This document shows, piece by piece, positions 22,864-36,962 of a DNA stretch of 64,000 bases; the stretch's first letter is position 1; each line of letters begins with the position of its first letter. The stretch spans positions 48,236,001 through 48,300,000 of the forward strand of contig OX597816.1 of NCBI GenBank assembly GCA_951406725.2. Reading direction: 5' to 3'. The translations under genes and the position numbers were made by a program. The stretch is from Octopus vulgaris (taxonomy: Eukaryota). The notes beneath the pieces are model-generated. The model saw only the letters and a program-made list of their open reading frames with translations, was not told the DNA's origin and ran no database searches.

Positions 22864-23340
22864 ATTCTTAATATTACAAAGTATAATTTTTATTCTTAAT
22901 TTTTAATCTTTAATGCTTAATTGTATTGCTTATTTTTAAAGGGATGTAAAATTAGATATATAATATTTTGAAATAGAACCTGAAGATGTGTTGGAATAAT
23001 TATAAACCTGATGATTATATATATGTATTTATATATGTATATATATGGGTATACAGTTGTGTATATGTATATATATTGTAATCTTCCAATACTGAAACAC
23101 ATTTAGTTCCTTCATATTTAACAAATATAAGTATTAACTAAAGTAGGATATAATTAACGAAGTATATTATATACCCTGCTGGTAATTTTGATTATATCCT
23201 TTAGGTATCATTTCGTGATGTGCAAACTGATACTATGAGTTTATTATCAGATATACTTATTAGGTTATTTTTGTATTATCTGAAATAGGATACCTGCATA
23301 TCAATTAATCCCCCAAAATTGAATTATACATACATATACA

Positions 23341-23372
<32 letters not shown>

Positions 23373-23404
23373 CACATATATATATATATGTATATGTATA
23401 TATA

Positions 23405-23456
<52 letters not shown>

Positions 23457-23894
23457 CACACACATGCACACACATATATATGATGGGCTTCTTTCAGTTT
23501 TCCCAGCCAAATCCACTTGTAAGAGTTAGGCTGGTCTGCAACTACAGTACAACTTTCCCAAGATGCTGTGCAATAAGACGGAACTCTAAAAACCATGTGG
23601 TTGGGAAGCAAACTTCTCAATCACAGAGCCATGTCTGTGTACACATGTGTATTTGTATGTATACATGTGTGTGTTTGTGTGTGCATATACATGTGTGTGT
23701 GTGTGTGTGTGTATTGCTAAAGATCCACTCTGCCACTAAGCCATGTTTTTAGTGCCATATGCTGTCTTATAGACCAAGAGAAACGAATGCATGACTGCAA
23801 AATGTTAAGATTTCTATAAATGAATACAAAAATCCCTATTACTGTATGTAATTGAATTTACAATTTCTTGTGTTTTTACAACCAGGAATACACA

Positions 23895-23934
<40 letters not shown>

Positions 23935-25829
23935 GACATACACTTGTATTGATTTTGTTTTTGACAACAGATTACTGTAAGTTATTTTGGATACACCTTA
24001 GCTTTAAACAAGTAATAAATTGGTAAATCTGAATAATAAAATTCATCATGATAATGACTTTCTTAAAAACACAGAATAAAACCAATAGTGATCAGCCAGA
24101 GAAAATATCATGTCAGACAGCTATCAAATATTATTATGATAAATCTTATGAAACTAAGTGAGAAAATAGGCCGGGAGCTTCTTTCATTTTTACAACTCAA
24201 TTGAAAGAAGGAAACTTCTCAAAAGATATATATTAATGTAATATAAAGCTATATATATGTACGTGTATGTGTATGTGTTTATGCACATCTGTGTGTGTGT
24301 TTGCATACTTGCATATACACATAAATAAATACATACATGCATACACACACACACACGCACATATTTCTGGAGTTTTGGATATTATAGACTGATCGTAATA
24401 GTTGTATTTGCTGTTAATTTTTATAGATGTTCAATAGTTCCAGCCATTGCTGACAGAGTAGACTGCATCATGGAATGGTATGTTGGTGGTAATGTTTGAG
24501 CCCCAAGTTGAAGGCATTCTGGCCATGACTGTCCTGTCGTTTCAACCATAGATTGTCTTAGGTAACATTATCTCATATGAGATAAGGTCTTTCTTTAAAA
24601 AACGATAAAAGAAAAAATTCCTCCACCTCCTCATCATCGTCATCGTTTAATGTCTGCTTTCCCTGCTAGCATGTGTTAGACGATTTGACTGAGGTCTGGC
24701 TGCACCAGGCTCCAATCTGATCTGGCAGAGTTTCTATGCTAGATGCCCTTCCTAATGCCAACCGCTCTGAGAGTGAAGCGGGTGCTTTTATGTGCGCCAG
24801 CACGAGGGCCAGTCAGGCGGTACTGGCAGCGGCCATGCTCAATGGTGCTTTTTATGTGCCACCTGCACAGGAGCCAGTCCAGCGGCACTGGCAACGACCT
24901 CGTTTGAATGTTTTTTCACGTGCCACCAGCACAAGTGCCAGTAAGGCGACGTAGGTAACGATTACAAAAGAAAAAATTATAGGAAATAATTTGCAAAAGA
25001 TGTGACTGCTATTTCTAGCTGCTCACATGATCACATAAAGGCTCTTTCCTTTGCCCATTTTGATATAGCTGTTGTAGGTCATACTCTACCTTTCTAACTA
25101 TGACTGTTTCCTGACTTTTGGTTTAGCTTTCCTTTCCCTCCAGCAATTTGGACTTTTGTCATATATTGTTATTGTCATTATTGCTATTGTTGTTATTGTG
25201 TTACCACAAATCACCTCTGATAATGCAGGTGCATGGCTCACAAATGGTTTGGTGACTGACTAGGAGTGTTCGTGAGGCTTCTAGTTGCTGCACATTAGCT
25301 TGACCTGCAAGAAATAACTGTCAAACCTCTTTCATACTTCCCACTGCTGTCTTAAAAATGGATGAATATACAAAGTGAATGTCAATGTAACATCTCAGAA
25401 GTGATGGAATGATGGTTGGTAATAAGTACTGAGTGTTCTGGCTAAATTTAACAGTTTGCACAAAAGGGAAAGAGAACACTGTGACCCATCCAAAGATGAA
25501 AGTATTTTAGAATATCATTAGAGGCAATGAGAGGTGATCAACACCTTTGGTGATTTGCTATGCTTGAGGAGACAGACACATGAAGCCAAGTGAAATCGTA
25601 ATTGAAGTCAGTGCTGGTGACATGTAAAAGGCACCCACTACACTTTTGGAATGGTTGACATTAGGAAGGGCATCCAACCATAGAAACCAGGCCAAATCAG
25701 ACTGGAGTCCAGTACAGCTCTTTGGCTTACCAGTCTCAGTCAAACCATTTAAACCATGCCAGCAATGAAAACAGATGCTAATTGATAATGATGATGATCA
25801 GCTATATTATGGCTGAGAGATACCTGTTT

Positions 25830-26116
25830 ACTCAAAGTAGCTGTCCTCACTTTCCACCATGGCCTCAAGATGGCTTTGGAACCTAACCCATGCATTTCTC
25901 ACTGTATTCCTGGGAAGGTCTTTGAGTACCTCCTTGGACTTGGCCACTAGCTTGGTGTTGCTATTGCAGGCAGAGGTTGGTTTCTTTTTCAGTTGCACCC
26001 AACACGTGATAATCCATGGTACTGCATTTGGGGGAAATTAGGAGGCCAGAAATTGGGACTGTTAAAGTTGTAGAAATTCTCTGACAACCACTTGTGACTC
26101 TTCCTGGAGTATGGCA
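25830..26116 (-). pseudogene. Tc1/mariner (maT-like) transposase C-terminal fossil
   Basis: Minus frames give SRKSHKWLSENFYNFNSPNFWPPN / ...MDYHVLGATEKETN..., matching WPPxSPDLNPLDY.VWG. Confidence 0.7.
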
Positions 26117-27140
26117 GTAGAAGACACTTGTCCAAGGTGCCACGCAGTGGGACTGAACCCGGAACCATGTGGTTGGTAAGCAAGCTACTTACCACACAGC
26201 CACTCCTATGCCTATATCTTTATTTACCTAGTTGTGATCACCATTTCTCTTTTTAATTGTGTTTTTTTTTTCCTCCCAGCAGTGTTTAAAATTTGTAACC
26301 TGTACTAAATTGGTTTTCAATTATATGTTACCTGGAAAGGAGCAAACTGAGAGCATCATTAACATTCTGGGCAAAATGATTAGCAGCATTTTGTCTACCT
26401 ATGTTCTGAGTTCAAATTCTGTTAAGATCGACTTTACCTTTCATCCTTTCGGGGTCGATAAAATAAGTACCAGTTAATTACTGGGGTTCATGTAACTGAC
26501 TTACCCAACCTCTGAAATTGCTGGCCTTGTGCCAAAATTTGAAACTGATTATGTGCTACTTTTCATCTTTTGTTTGAGTAAATAATGGAATGCTTAGCGA
26601 CGTCTACAACACTATCAAGTCCAACATTTGGAATTTGTTTCCAGTTTTCAAGAATTTAGGTATCTTTTTTTTTCTTTAACTTGTTTCAGTCATTGGACTG
26701 CGATCATGGTGGGGTACAACCTTGAAACGTTTTAGTCAAGCAAATTGCCTCCCAGTATCTGTTTTTTTTTTTTTTTTGTTTCATGTCTGGTACCTATTTT
26801 ATTGGTCACTTTTACCAAACTCCTAAGTTACAGGGATGTAAACAAACCAAAACCTGCAGTGGAGGGGGGACACATAAACACACACACACACACAGACACT
26901 CGCATGCATTTACATACATACATATATATGGTGGCTGCCCCCTTGTTATCGAGTATGGCCATTGCACGAAGCTTAATCAATGTTGTTATCGTGCAATGCC
27001 TGTGCAAGAAGATTTTTTTTAAAGTGAGGAAAGGCTGTGTACAGAGTCAATCCCACTCACTAAGCAACAGCAGCCATAATCCGAAAAGAAGAACAAGTCA
27101 ACATCATCGGTAACCACCGAGCCGCAGGTTTTATACATAC

Positions 27141-27173
<33 letters not shown>

Positions 27174-28214
27174 TACACATACACATTTATATGCACCTGC
27201 ACACACACAAACATTAAGCTTCCACTTAAGTTTCTATCCACCAAATTCACTCACAAGGTTTTAATTGACCTAGGGCTACAGTAGGAGACATCATTTGCCC
27301 AATGTGGCATTTGCCCATGCAGTGGGATTGAACCTAAAACCATGTGCTTGCAAAGTGAACTTCCTAACCACACAGCCATGCTAGGTAGCATTAAAAAGAA
27401 AAGAAAAAAATGCTTGTATTGAAGAAGAGTAAATTACTTTTTAATTTTTATATTGGATTTCCTTAAAATCACATACAAAACCTTTTACCTACTTTTTTCA
27501 ATATTCTGCAAAATCTCTATTTGTGTCTTAGCTTTCAGGCATGTTACAACTGAAAATATGCATTACTCCCTTATTATTGAATAGTTAGCATTAAGAAATG
27601 ATACATGCAGCTAAAAAAAATAAATGGTTGAATAAATAAATAAAACCAAACAAAATTTATGAGACACACCTAGATTTTATTGAGGCACAGTTTACCATGA
27701 CATTAGATTAAGGAACATCTAACTATAAAAGTGTAATTTCAAACATCACTGCAATAACCATTTCACCATGCCCCATGCTTCTGGGCACAGCTCCTTATTT
27801 TATTAGCATTAAGTTAATCAAGCGGGAAAATGGCTTCTTCATACTTGAATGCTCATCACTGCAAAGAAAAACCTGTTATCTTTAAAGACAATTCATATCT
27901 AAATATGTAGGAAGCTCTGTCTTAAAACACCTAGTCCATATCAACGTAGATGACAAAATATATATCATTATCATCAGCTTTCTTACCTTTGTCATCATCA
28001 TCTTCAGAAATTGACTTGCTAAAAATAACAACCAAATCTTTCTCTCTAAATGAGACTTAAAAAATATCAGGCTTAAAAATGCGTATTGGGGTTACTTTGT
28101 TTGACTAAAACTCTTCAAGGCTGTCCTCCCGCCTGGCCACAGTCCAGTGACTGAAACAGATAAAAGGTGGAGATATTTTCAAAATTAATTGGACCAAAGG
28201 CAGTGTATTCTAGC

Positions 28215-28460
28215 ACTTGTTTCAGCCATTTAACTGTGGCCATGCTGTAGCACCGCGCTTAGCCAAGCAAATCGACCCCAGGACGTATTCTTTGTAAGCC
28301 TAGTACTTATTCTATCAGACTCTTTTGCCGAACTTCTAAGTTACAGGGATGTAAACACACCAACATCGGTTGTCAAGGGATGTGGGGGTACAAACACAGA
28401 CACAGAAACATACACATGCACATACATATATATATATACATACATACATATGTGTGTGTA

Positions 28461-28506
<46 letters not shown>

Positions 28507-28736
28507 TATATTTCTTTATTGCCCACAAGGGGCTAAACATAGAGGGGACAAACAAGGACAGACAAAGGGATTAAGTCGATTACATCGACCCTAGTGCGAA
28601 ACTGGTACTTACGACCCACATGGTTCCAGGCTCAGTCCCACTGCATGGCACCTTGGGCAAGTATCTTCTACTGTAGCTTCGGGCTGACCAAAGCCTTGTG
28701 AGTGGATTTGGTAGATGGAAACTGAAAGAAGCCAGT

Positions 28737-28777
<41 letters not shown>

Positions 28778-28975
28778 GTATGTTCTTGTTCCCCCCAACA
28801 TTGCTTGACAACTGATGATGGTGTGTTTATGTCCCCTAACATAGCAGTTCGACAAATGAGACTGATAGAATAAGTACTAGGCTTACAAAGAATAAGTCCT
28901 GGGGTTGATTTGCTCAACTAAAGGTGGTGCTCCAGCATGGCCACAGTCAAATGACTGAAACAAGTAAAAGAGTAT
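28215..28975. mobile_element. Cluster of SINE A(-) 3' half, SINE B(-) tail and SINE A(+)
   Basis: Consensus matches in opposite orientations. Confidence 0.8.
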
Positions 28976-30319
28976 AGCTTTCACTAACCTTCCTTGTTCA
29001 TCGGTCGTATCTCACTATGTTTTTCTACTTTTATCTTTTAGTCAGGTGGGAAGACAGTGCACATGATCATTTGAAGTTGGTGGAAAGTAGGTGAGGTGTG
29101 GAGAGGGAGGATGCCACTGAAAGTAGCGAAGTTGCCAAGTGGTGGTATCTAAGAAGGTGGTATTAAGGTGGCGAGCTAGCAGAAACGTTAGCACATGGGC
29201 GAAATGCGTAGCCGTATTTCGTCTGCCGTTACGTTCTGAGTTCAAATTCCACTGAGGTCAACTTTGCCTTTCAACCCTCCGGGGTCGATTAAATAAGTAC
29301 GAGTTACGCACTGGGGTTGATATAATCGACTTAATCCGTGTGTCTGTCCTTGTTTGTCCTCTCTGTGTTTAGCCCCTTGTGGGTAGTAAAGAAATAGGTA
29401 TCTAAGAAGGTAATGGATTTAAGTCCAACACCATTCAAATTGGTCATGGCAAGACTTTGAACTCAAAAATGCAATGTGCTGGAACAGATGCTGCAATGCA
29501 TGTGACCTGACTGTTTTACTGTCCTATTGCTTTGGATTGCTCCTTTGTATCAATCCCTGGAGGGATGAAAACCAAAGCTGACTTTCAAGAGGATTTGAAC
29601 TTAGGGTGCAGCGATTCAAAACAAGTCATGCGAGGCTTCCTATCCACTGTTCTAATGATTGTCATTTCACCACCTGAGCAGTGTCATACTATATTCCTTA
29701 TACTTACTCATCACTTGTTCTTGCTGTAGTGGGTTGAGCCAGTTACATCAAATGAGTTCACCACATCCCTCACAAATGCTGACCATGTCCAATGGTCAGC
29801 CCTAACATTCTTGCAGGCAACATAATGCTTCTGTCAATTGTCCAAAAATCCAGCTTGCAAATTGGACAAATGCACCATTGAGAAAGCAAGCACATCAGAT
29901 AGTGCAAACATTGTAGCTGTAGTCATCATTCATTGTTGAGTGGGTAGAGTTCATAATTCAGAGTTTCAGTGAGAATACAAGCTCACATGTGGTCCCCAGT
30001 CACATATGGTCCCCAGTCACATGTGTACACACTTCGGGATTGTGTGACCTGTAGCAGCTCACCTTGCCATTCATTGTTGACTGTCACAGATGGTTTCCTG
30101 ATCGGCTCACTGCCAATCATTGGAGCAAATTTATCCTGGGTTTGAAGTGGGTAGTGTACATGTTAGTTAACCCATAGCCGAGACCCTAACAAGTTCTGTC
30201 TGTTCTATATTTTAGAAAGAGAGAGAAAGAGAGGGAGAAACATGTTAGCAGAGGTTGAATTTTATTCACTAATTTCTTGCTCTAATTATCAGATTTTCAC
30301 TGTAACTCCTTCAGTTTTG

Positions 30320-30766
30320 TAGTAAGTAGTTTGCTTACCAGCCACATGGTTCCGGGTTCATTCCCACTGCATGGTACCTTGGGCAAGTGTCTTCTACTAT
30401 AGCCTTGGGCTGACCAAAGCCTTGTGAGTGGATTTGGTTGATGGAAACTAAAAGAAGCTCATCGTATATATGTGTGTATGCACACACACACACCCACACG
30501 TACACACACATATATATATGTATGTATGTATATATATATATATGTATGTATGTGTGTGTATGTTTGTGTGTCTGTGTTTGCCCCACCCCTAACATCGTTT
30601 GACAACCGATGGTAGTGTGTTTACGTCTCTAACTTAGCGGTTTGGCAAAAGAGATCGATAGAATAAGTACTATGCTTACAAAGAATAAGTCCTGGGGTCA
30701 ATTTGCTCGACTAAAGACGGTGCTCCAGCGTGGCCGCAGTCAAATGATTGAAATGAGTAAAAGAGT
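30320..30766 (+). mobile_element. SINE family A
   Basis: Consensus match. Confidence 0.88.
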
Positions 30767-33700
30767 ATACCTATTTGGCTACACAGACAACAAGATCCTG
30801 GGTTACTCTTCATTGAATAAAATATGATTGCAAGAACAACAGCAATAGCTCATACTTGCAAACATGCCAGTGAGAGTACTTCTCTTAAAGCACCTTGATC
30901 TGCTAAAAACAGCAGTCAAATCTCCATTCAATCACACCCTGCTGTCTTAAAAATAAGAAGAAAGGACATTGTATAATATAATCTTAGATAATTATGTTTG
31001 AATACTAGTTGATGATCAAGTCTAGAATGTCTTATGTCAAGGATAAACTGGGATTAATCAACTTAAGTATTTGATAGACTTAGGTAGTTCATAGACTTCA
31101 TTTCATGAAGATTCCTTCCATTGACTACTTTTGTATGTTTAACACATATGAAATCCTTATTCTGCATAAACTAGGGTGTTGTCATATGATGCATAACATA
31201 AGAGACATAATTTTGCCACTGTAAATTCAGGTCATGACATACAGAGACAATAATTATAAATTTTGTCTATCCAAATTTCATGGTACTAATATAAAAATGA
31301 TGAAACAAATATTAATTTTTTTAAAACGTAAATACTTCTCAAATTAAACTAAATTAAATAGAACAAAATTATAATATCGATGTTGGCAATAAATATGTTA
31401 CCAATAACAACAGCTGAAGCATTATCTGGTATTATTCATAGTGGCAATATTATATACCCAGCATTACTAGCAACATTCTATTTGATATGTTGTGACCAAT
31501 AAGATTAGAGTTATCTCTCTTCTTCATGGGTTTAATAAACAGAGCAAGATGGTGATAGACTGCCAATTACATTAATTGATATTTTAGGAATTTTACTTTG
31601 CCTAATTGTGAGGGGAAACTGAATATTAGCTTTTTATGGTAATATCAGAGAGAGAGGAATGCGTGTGTGTGTGTGTGTGTGTGTGTTATTTATTGGTTGG
31701 TTCATATATGTTAGATCGAAGCTTATGTACAGTTACTGCTCTATGCTCATAACTATTCAAGAAAACTTCAGTTCATTTGTTCGAAAATAAGTGCCATTCA
31801 CACATCACAATTGTGTGATGGACAATTGTTTATGCAACCATTTATTCACCGTCATAATGGGCATTGACTAAGCCATTCATCAGAGGAAAAGAAAAAAAAA
31901 ATTAAGTGAAGACATGAAAAATTAATATACATACACATATGTATTTATATATATATATATATACATATGTATATTATATATGTATATGTAGGCCACTGAA
32001 TATCTTTGGTGTGACTACATAGATTTCTCATTTTAATTTCACTGTTCTTCCTTCATTTCCCAGCAAATTCTGAAGACTTACAGTGGAGAAAATATTATTT
32101 AGTAATGATGACGAAAAAATAGCCAATATAAAAATGCTGACTCCTTTGATATCCCTTTGAGTAGCGGGATATCGGGCCGAAAGAGAACAGTTATTCTTAG
32201 TTTATTTCCCTTTTAATAGATATGAAAGGAAATATAGAGCTGAAATAAACAAAATAGTAGAACATCAAAATCTGGAAGTTCCAAATACTTACTGTAGAAT
32301 TTAATGTCTTTTCTCTGTTTGTTAGCGCTGCTACAGTATCTTTCTATCATTCCTTTCTTAATGTCTGCAACTTCTGTCTGGCAAGTTGCTTTCATTATGC
32401 TAATAATGTGTTGTGTTTGATAAATATACTTTTGTTGTCAATGTTTTGAAAGCTGGTCTGTGCCAATGAAAAGATTACCCAGCCTAGTTCTGAGGTGGTT
32501 TAGAAAAAAAAAAAATGAAAAAATGAAAAAAATAAAATGAATTAAAATAAAATAAAATATAAAATAAAAAAGATATATATGTGTTTACAATTTTTAAACA
32601 GTGTTTTGTGTATATATAAAAAGTGAATGTGAAATCAAATAAGAAGCAAAACTCAAGGACTTTTGATGCTTACTTTGAAAAAAAAAATTTCAACACTTTG
32701 AAAAAAAATGTAGCTACTTATTTGCCAATCAATCTTAGTTGAACCATCACAAAAGAGAAATAAAATAACTAAATTCAAATTTATTTAGTTGATAATAAAT
32801 GGATAATGAAACACGGTGTAGTTGAGCAGCTACATGTTAGAGTATTGGTCATATACCAGGGTTATTACTGCCGAGAGACATATATTAGCTCTGAATTTTG
32901 TCTAAGAAAGAAACTCATGTCTTATTGTTGAATGCACGCAACTGGTTGATTGTAGTACTAAAGTGATATGACCTCTGGCCCAAGTATGTGCCAGTAAATT
33001 GCATTGTGTTTCTTCTGCCACAATTACACTCTTTGCTGCTTTGAATTTGCCATTTGTATATTTGCTCTACTGTGTCTCAGCATCTCCCTCTGCACTAAAT
33101 ACTTTACTCATTTTGTTCTCCTCTGAAATTTATCTCTCAGTCATACTTAATCCCCAAACTCCATTCTGAAGCTGTTTAAATTTACCATTCGCCCTCTTAC
33201 AGTCACAATTCTACAAAAGCGAGTAAAAGTTATGAGTTTCTTCAAAGAAACTACTAAAAAGTTTGTTCCTCTTTGACCCTTTGGATGGACTTCAACCCAC
33301 CTGAGACTTCCTGGTTCTATTATACAAAACTTCCCATTTTAAAGTGTTCATATTTGTATTAAAAACCTTCCATTATAATGAATTTTATGTATGAACTTTT
33401 CTTTCAGTTATGTTCTAATAATAAAAAAAATGACATTTAACTAAATTCCTCCAAATTCTTGATTGTTTTCAAAATTAATCAAAGCTAAATTGGCAGAATA
33501 TTTCATTAGAAATATCATCATAAAAGAGTTAAATGAGCATGAAAAAGAATTCATTAAAGCCGGTGTTGAAGGTGCTTTTAAATCCTTCATTTCATAGTTG
33601 GTGCAGTGTTTCATAGTTGTCACCCTGTTATCTTGTGTCTAATTAGGAACTGTACAGATTAATTAATTTCTCGTCCTGGAATAATCCATTGATAATATTC

Positions 33701-34080
33701 CTTTTGATCAACATGGCTTGGGAGAATTCTACATGATGGATCTCTCTGCACTACAAGAATTGCTTTGACATTGCTAGCAAATTTTATTACTTTCTATGAT
33801 AATTCAACTTTCTATGAATTATAATAATTTGCTGCTTAACTCTGGAGAATGTTGACCAATTTTATAATGATTCCTTTGTCAGTGGTTCTAATCTACAGTT
33901 TACCATCTATTTTCTCTCTTTCATTTTATCTTCTATTTGCATCGAGCATTTTTCATTTCTTCCATTTTCTTCTCCTTACTTATGTTCACTTTATTTAAAA
34001 TACAGTAAGCACAGAAGTGACTCTCTCATTCTCCATCTCTTCATTTTTACACAAATGTGTGTGTGTGTATATATATATAT

Positions 34081-34240
34081 ATAAATTATTAGAGAGTTAA
34101 CCACTATGTGGATAACTCTAGTGCTAAAAATAGCCCCGATAGTATAGCCACAGAAAAAGATCTTTTTCTGTGGCTATACTATCGGGGCTATTTTTAGCAC
34201 TAGAGTTATCCACATAGTGGTTAACTCTCTAATAATTTAT
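34081..34240. repeat. Perfect 160-bp spacerless palindrome (80-bp arms), followed by a ~100-nt tail, inside (TA)n
   Basis: Centre ...CAGAAAAAGA|TCTTTTTCTG... between 34160 and 34161; no mismatch seen out to 34081/34240. Confidence 0.95.
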
Positions 34241-34336
34241 GTATAAATTCGTATTTTCTCCGTAGTTTTTTGTGCTAAGCCACTCGGTGTTAAATTAATG
34301 GTATTATTAAATTAATATCAATTTTTCACCCTCATT

Positions 34337-34389
<53 letters not shown>

Positions 34390-35107
34390 AACTGTGGGCA
34401 TGTGTATATGCATACACACACACACTCAGACAAGAGTCGTATTATGGGTTTCTGCAGTTGCTATGCTCTAAATTTCACTTATGAAACATTGGTTAACCTG
34501 TCACTATTGTAATGGTCACTTGCTGAAGGTGTTGTGCTGTGGGATGAAACCTGAAGCCATGTAGTTACAGAAGGAAACTTCTTCACCTCTAAGCCATGCC
34601 AGTATTCATAATTTTTCAGAAACAATTTACTTTTAATACTGAATCTCTTGTAGCTTGGATTCAGTTCGCTGGTAGTTAACTTATATCTAAAAAAAAATTA
34701 GTTACTACTTCGATTTTCTATATAGGTGCAGGTATGAATGTTTGGTTAAGAAACTCATTTTGCAGCCATGTCGTTTCAGGTTCAGTCCCACTACATGGCA
34801 TCTTAGGCAACTGTCTTTGACCGGAAACCTAGGGTGATCAATACTTTGTGAATGCATTTTGTAGGCAGAAACTGTATGGAAGCTCGTTGTGTTTTTGTGT
34901 GTATATATCATATCATCTGGGTAATAATCTTATAACAGGCTTTACATAGCTCTTCCACAGGTATTGTGTACCATATGGTATCATACAGCAGTGTATGATA
35001 GCATATGTGTATAATATGTGAAACCCCCAACAATCACCAGCTAATACTAATGCACAGAAATTATTGTAGTGATTTGGATTAAAGCCTCTTCATACCATTG
35101 ACTTGTA

Positions 35108-35264
35108 GGATTGGCTGTGTGGTAAGTAGCTTGCTTACCAACCACATGGTTCTGGGTTCAGTTCCACTGCGTGGCACCTTGGGCAATTGTCTTCTACTAT
35201 AGCCTCGGGCTGACCAAAGCCTTGTGAGTGGATTTGGTAGATGGACACTGAAAGAAGCCCGTCG

Positions 35265-35301
<37 letters not shown>

Positions 35302-35522
35302 TTGTGTGTGTGTGTATGTTTGTGTGTCTGTGTTTGTCCCCCCATCATCGCCTGACAACTGATGCTGGTGTGTTTACATCCCCGTAACTTAGCAGTTCAG
35401 TGAAAGAGACTGATAGAATAAGTACTAGGCTTACAAAAAGTAAGTCCTGGGGTCGATTTGCTCGACTAAAAGGCGGGGCTCCAGCATGGCCACAGTCAAA
35501 TGACTGAAACCAGTAAAAGAGT
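35108..35522 (+). mobile_element. SINE family A
   Basis: Consensus match. Confidence 0.9.
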
Positions 35523-36404
35523 ATATATATATATATATATATGGAGTCAACTAATCCAGTGGTACTCATAAAGATAACTCCTAAATGGATCATTCTACAA
35601 TACAATTTTCATCAAATAAGAATTTCCAATGGTTGAATAAATTTTATCACAGTGTATTTCTCTCATTATTTATAATTTTATATAGGAGATTATGGAGATT
35701 ATTTTATATAGGGGACTATGGATGACTAAATTACAACAGGTATATAGTCCATTGTCTGGGAAGAATTACAACTGTGTTTCGTGGTCTGCTACAACAGCTC
35801 CTTTATAGGATCCAGTTAGCTCAAGACATCATCAGGAGGAACCACGTCCAGTTTCGGCCCCTACTCCTCTACCGTTTTGATGTGGCGGGGCCCCCACTTT
35901 TGGAGGTGTCTTCAGCTCTGGTGTTGGGTGCATGTTATACCATTCAAAACATTTTATTCTTTATTATTATATATATATATTGTATGTATGTGTGTGTGTG
36001 TCCCACCAATGCTTGACAACCAGTGCTGGTGTGTTTACATCCCCATAACTTAGTGGTTTGGCAAAAGAGACCGACAGAACGAGTATCAGGCTTTGAGAAA
36101 TAAGTACTGGGTTTGATACATTCGACTTAGAAAACTCTTCAAGGCAGTGCCCCAGCATGGCCATAGTCTAATGAGTGAAACAAGTAAAAAATAAATAAGT
36201 TAATTACAAAATGGACAGTATTACAAAAAATGTCATACCTTTAATATTGTTTCATAGATATTGTGTTTAAGGTGTAGACATTGCTGTGCAGTTATGAAGT
36301 TTCACAGCATGGCACCTTGGGCAAGTGTCTCCTACTATTGCTTCAGGCCAACTAATAACTTGTGAATGAATTTGGTAGACATAAACTATGTAGAAACCTG
36401 TCAC

Positions 36405-36482
<78 letters not shown>

Positions 36483-36687
36483 GTGTATATATATATATTT
36501 GTGTGTGTGTGTGAGGGGGGAGGGGGTTGTGTGTGTGTGTGTGTATGGTGTGAGATGCAGGTGTGGCTGTGTGGTAAGAAGTTTACTTCCCTGTCGCATG
36601 GTTCCAGGTTCAGTCCCATTGTGTGGCACCTCGGGATGACTAAAGCTTTGTGAGAAGATTTGGTAGGTAGAAACTGAAAGAACCCCT

Positions 36688-36741
<54 letters not shown>

Positions 36742-36744
<3 letters not shown>

Positions 36745-36962
36745 GAAGGGGTACAGAAAAGTTCCTGGCTTTGTGTAAAAGAAAATACACGAGGTTCACT
36801 TAATTAGGCTTTTATCCAACATATTCCTCTCTCAGATTCATACATTTATTGCAGCGGCCCTTCAGTTCTTCTGAGCCCTGTAAAACAACTTGGAAGGTTG
36901 GGCTTTCAATTTGGCCTTTTGTGATGCCCTAAAAACAAAGAATTTTACAGCACCCCCTTATA
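36742..36962. mobile_element. mariner-derived MITE inserted at TA in a SINE microsatellite
   Basis: TACGAAGGGGTACAGAAAAGTTCCTGGCTTT vs AAAACAAAGAATTTTACAGCACCCCCTTATA (imperfect TIRs). Confidence 0.65.

Noticed and set aside
35770-35915. GC-rich segment with CTGATGA and GAAAC on the minus strand
   Set aside because: I could not build helices I and II in any hammerhead topology; probably an unclassified retroelement fragment
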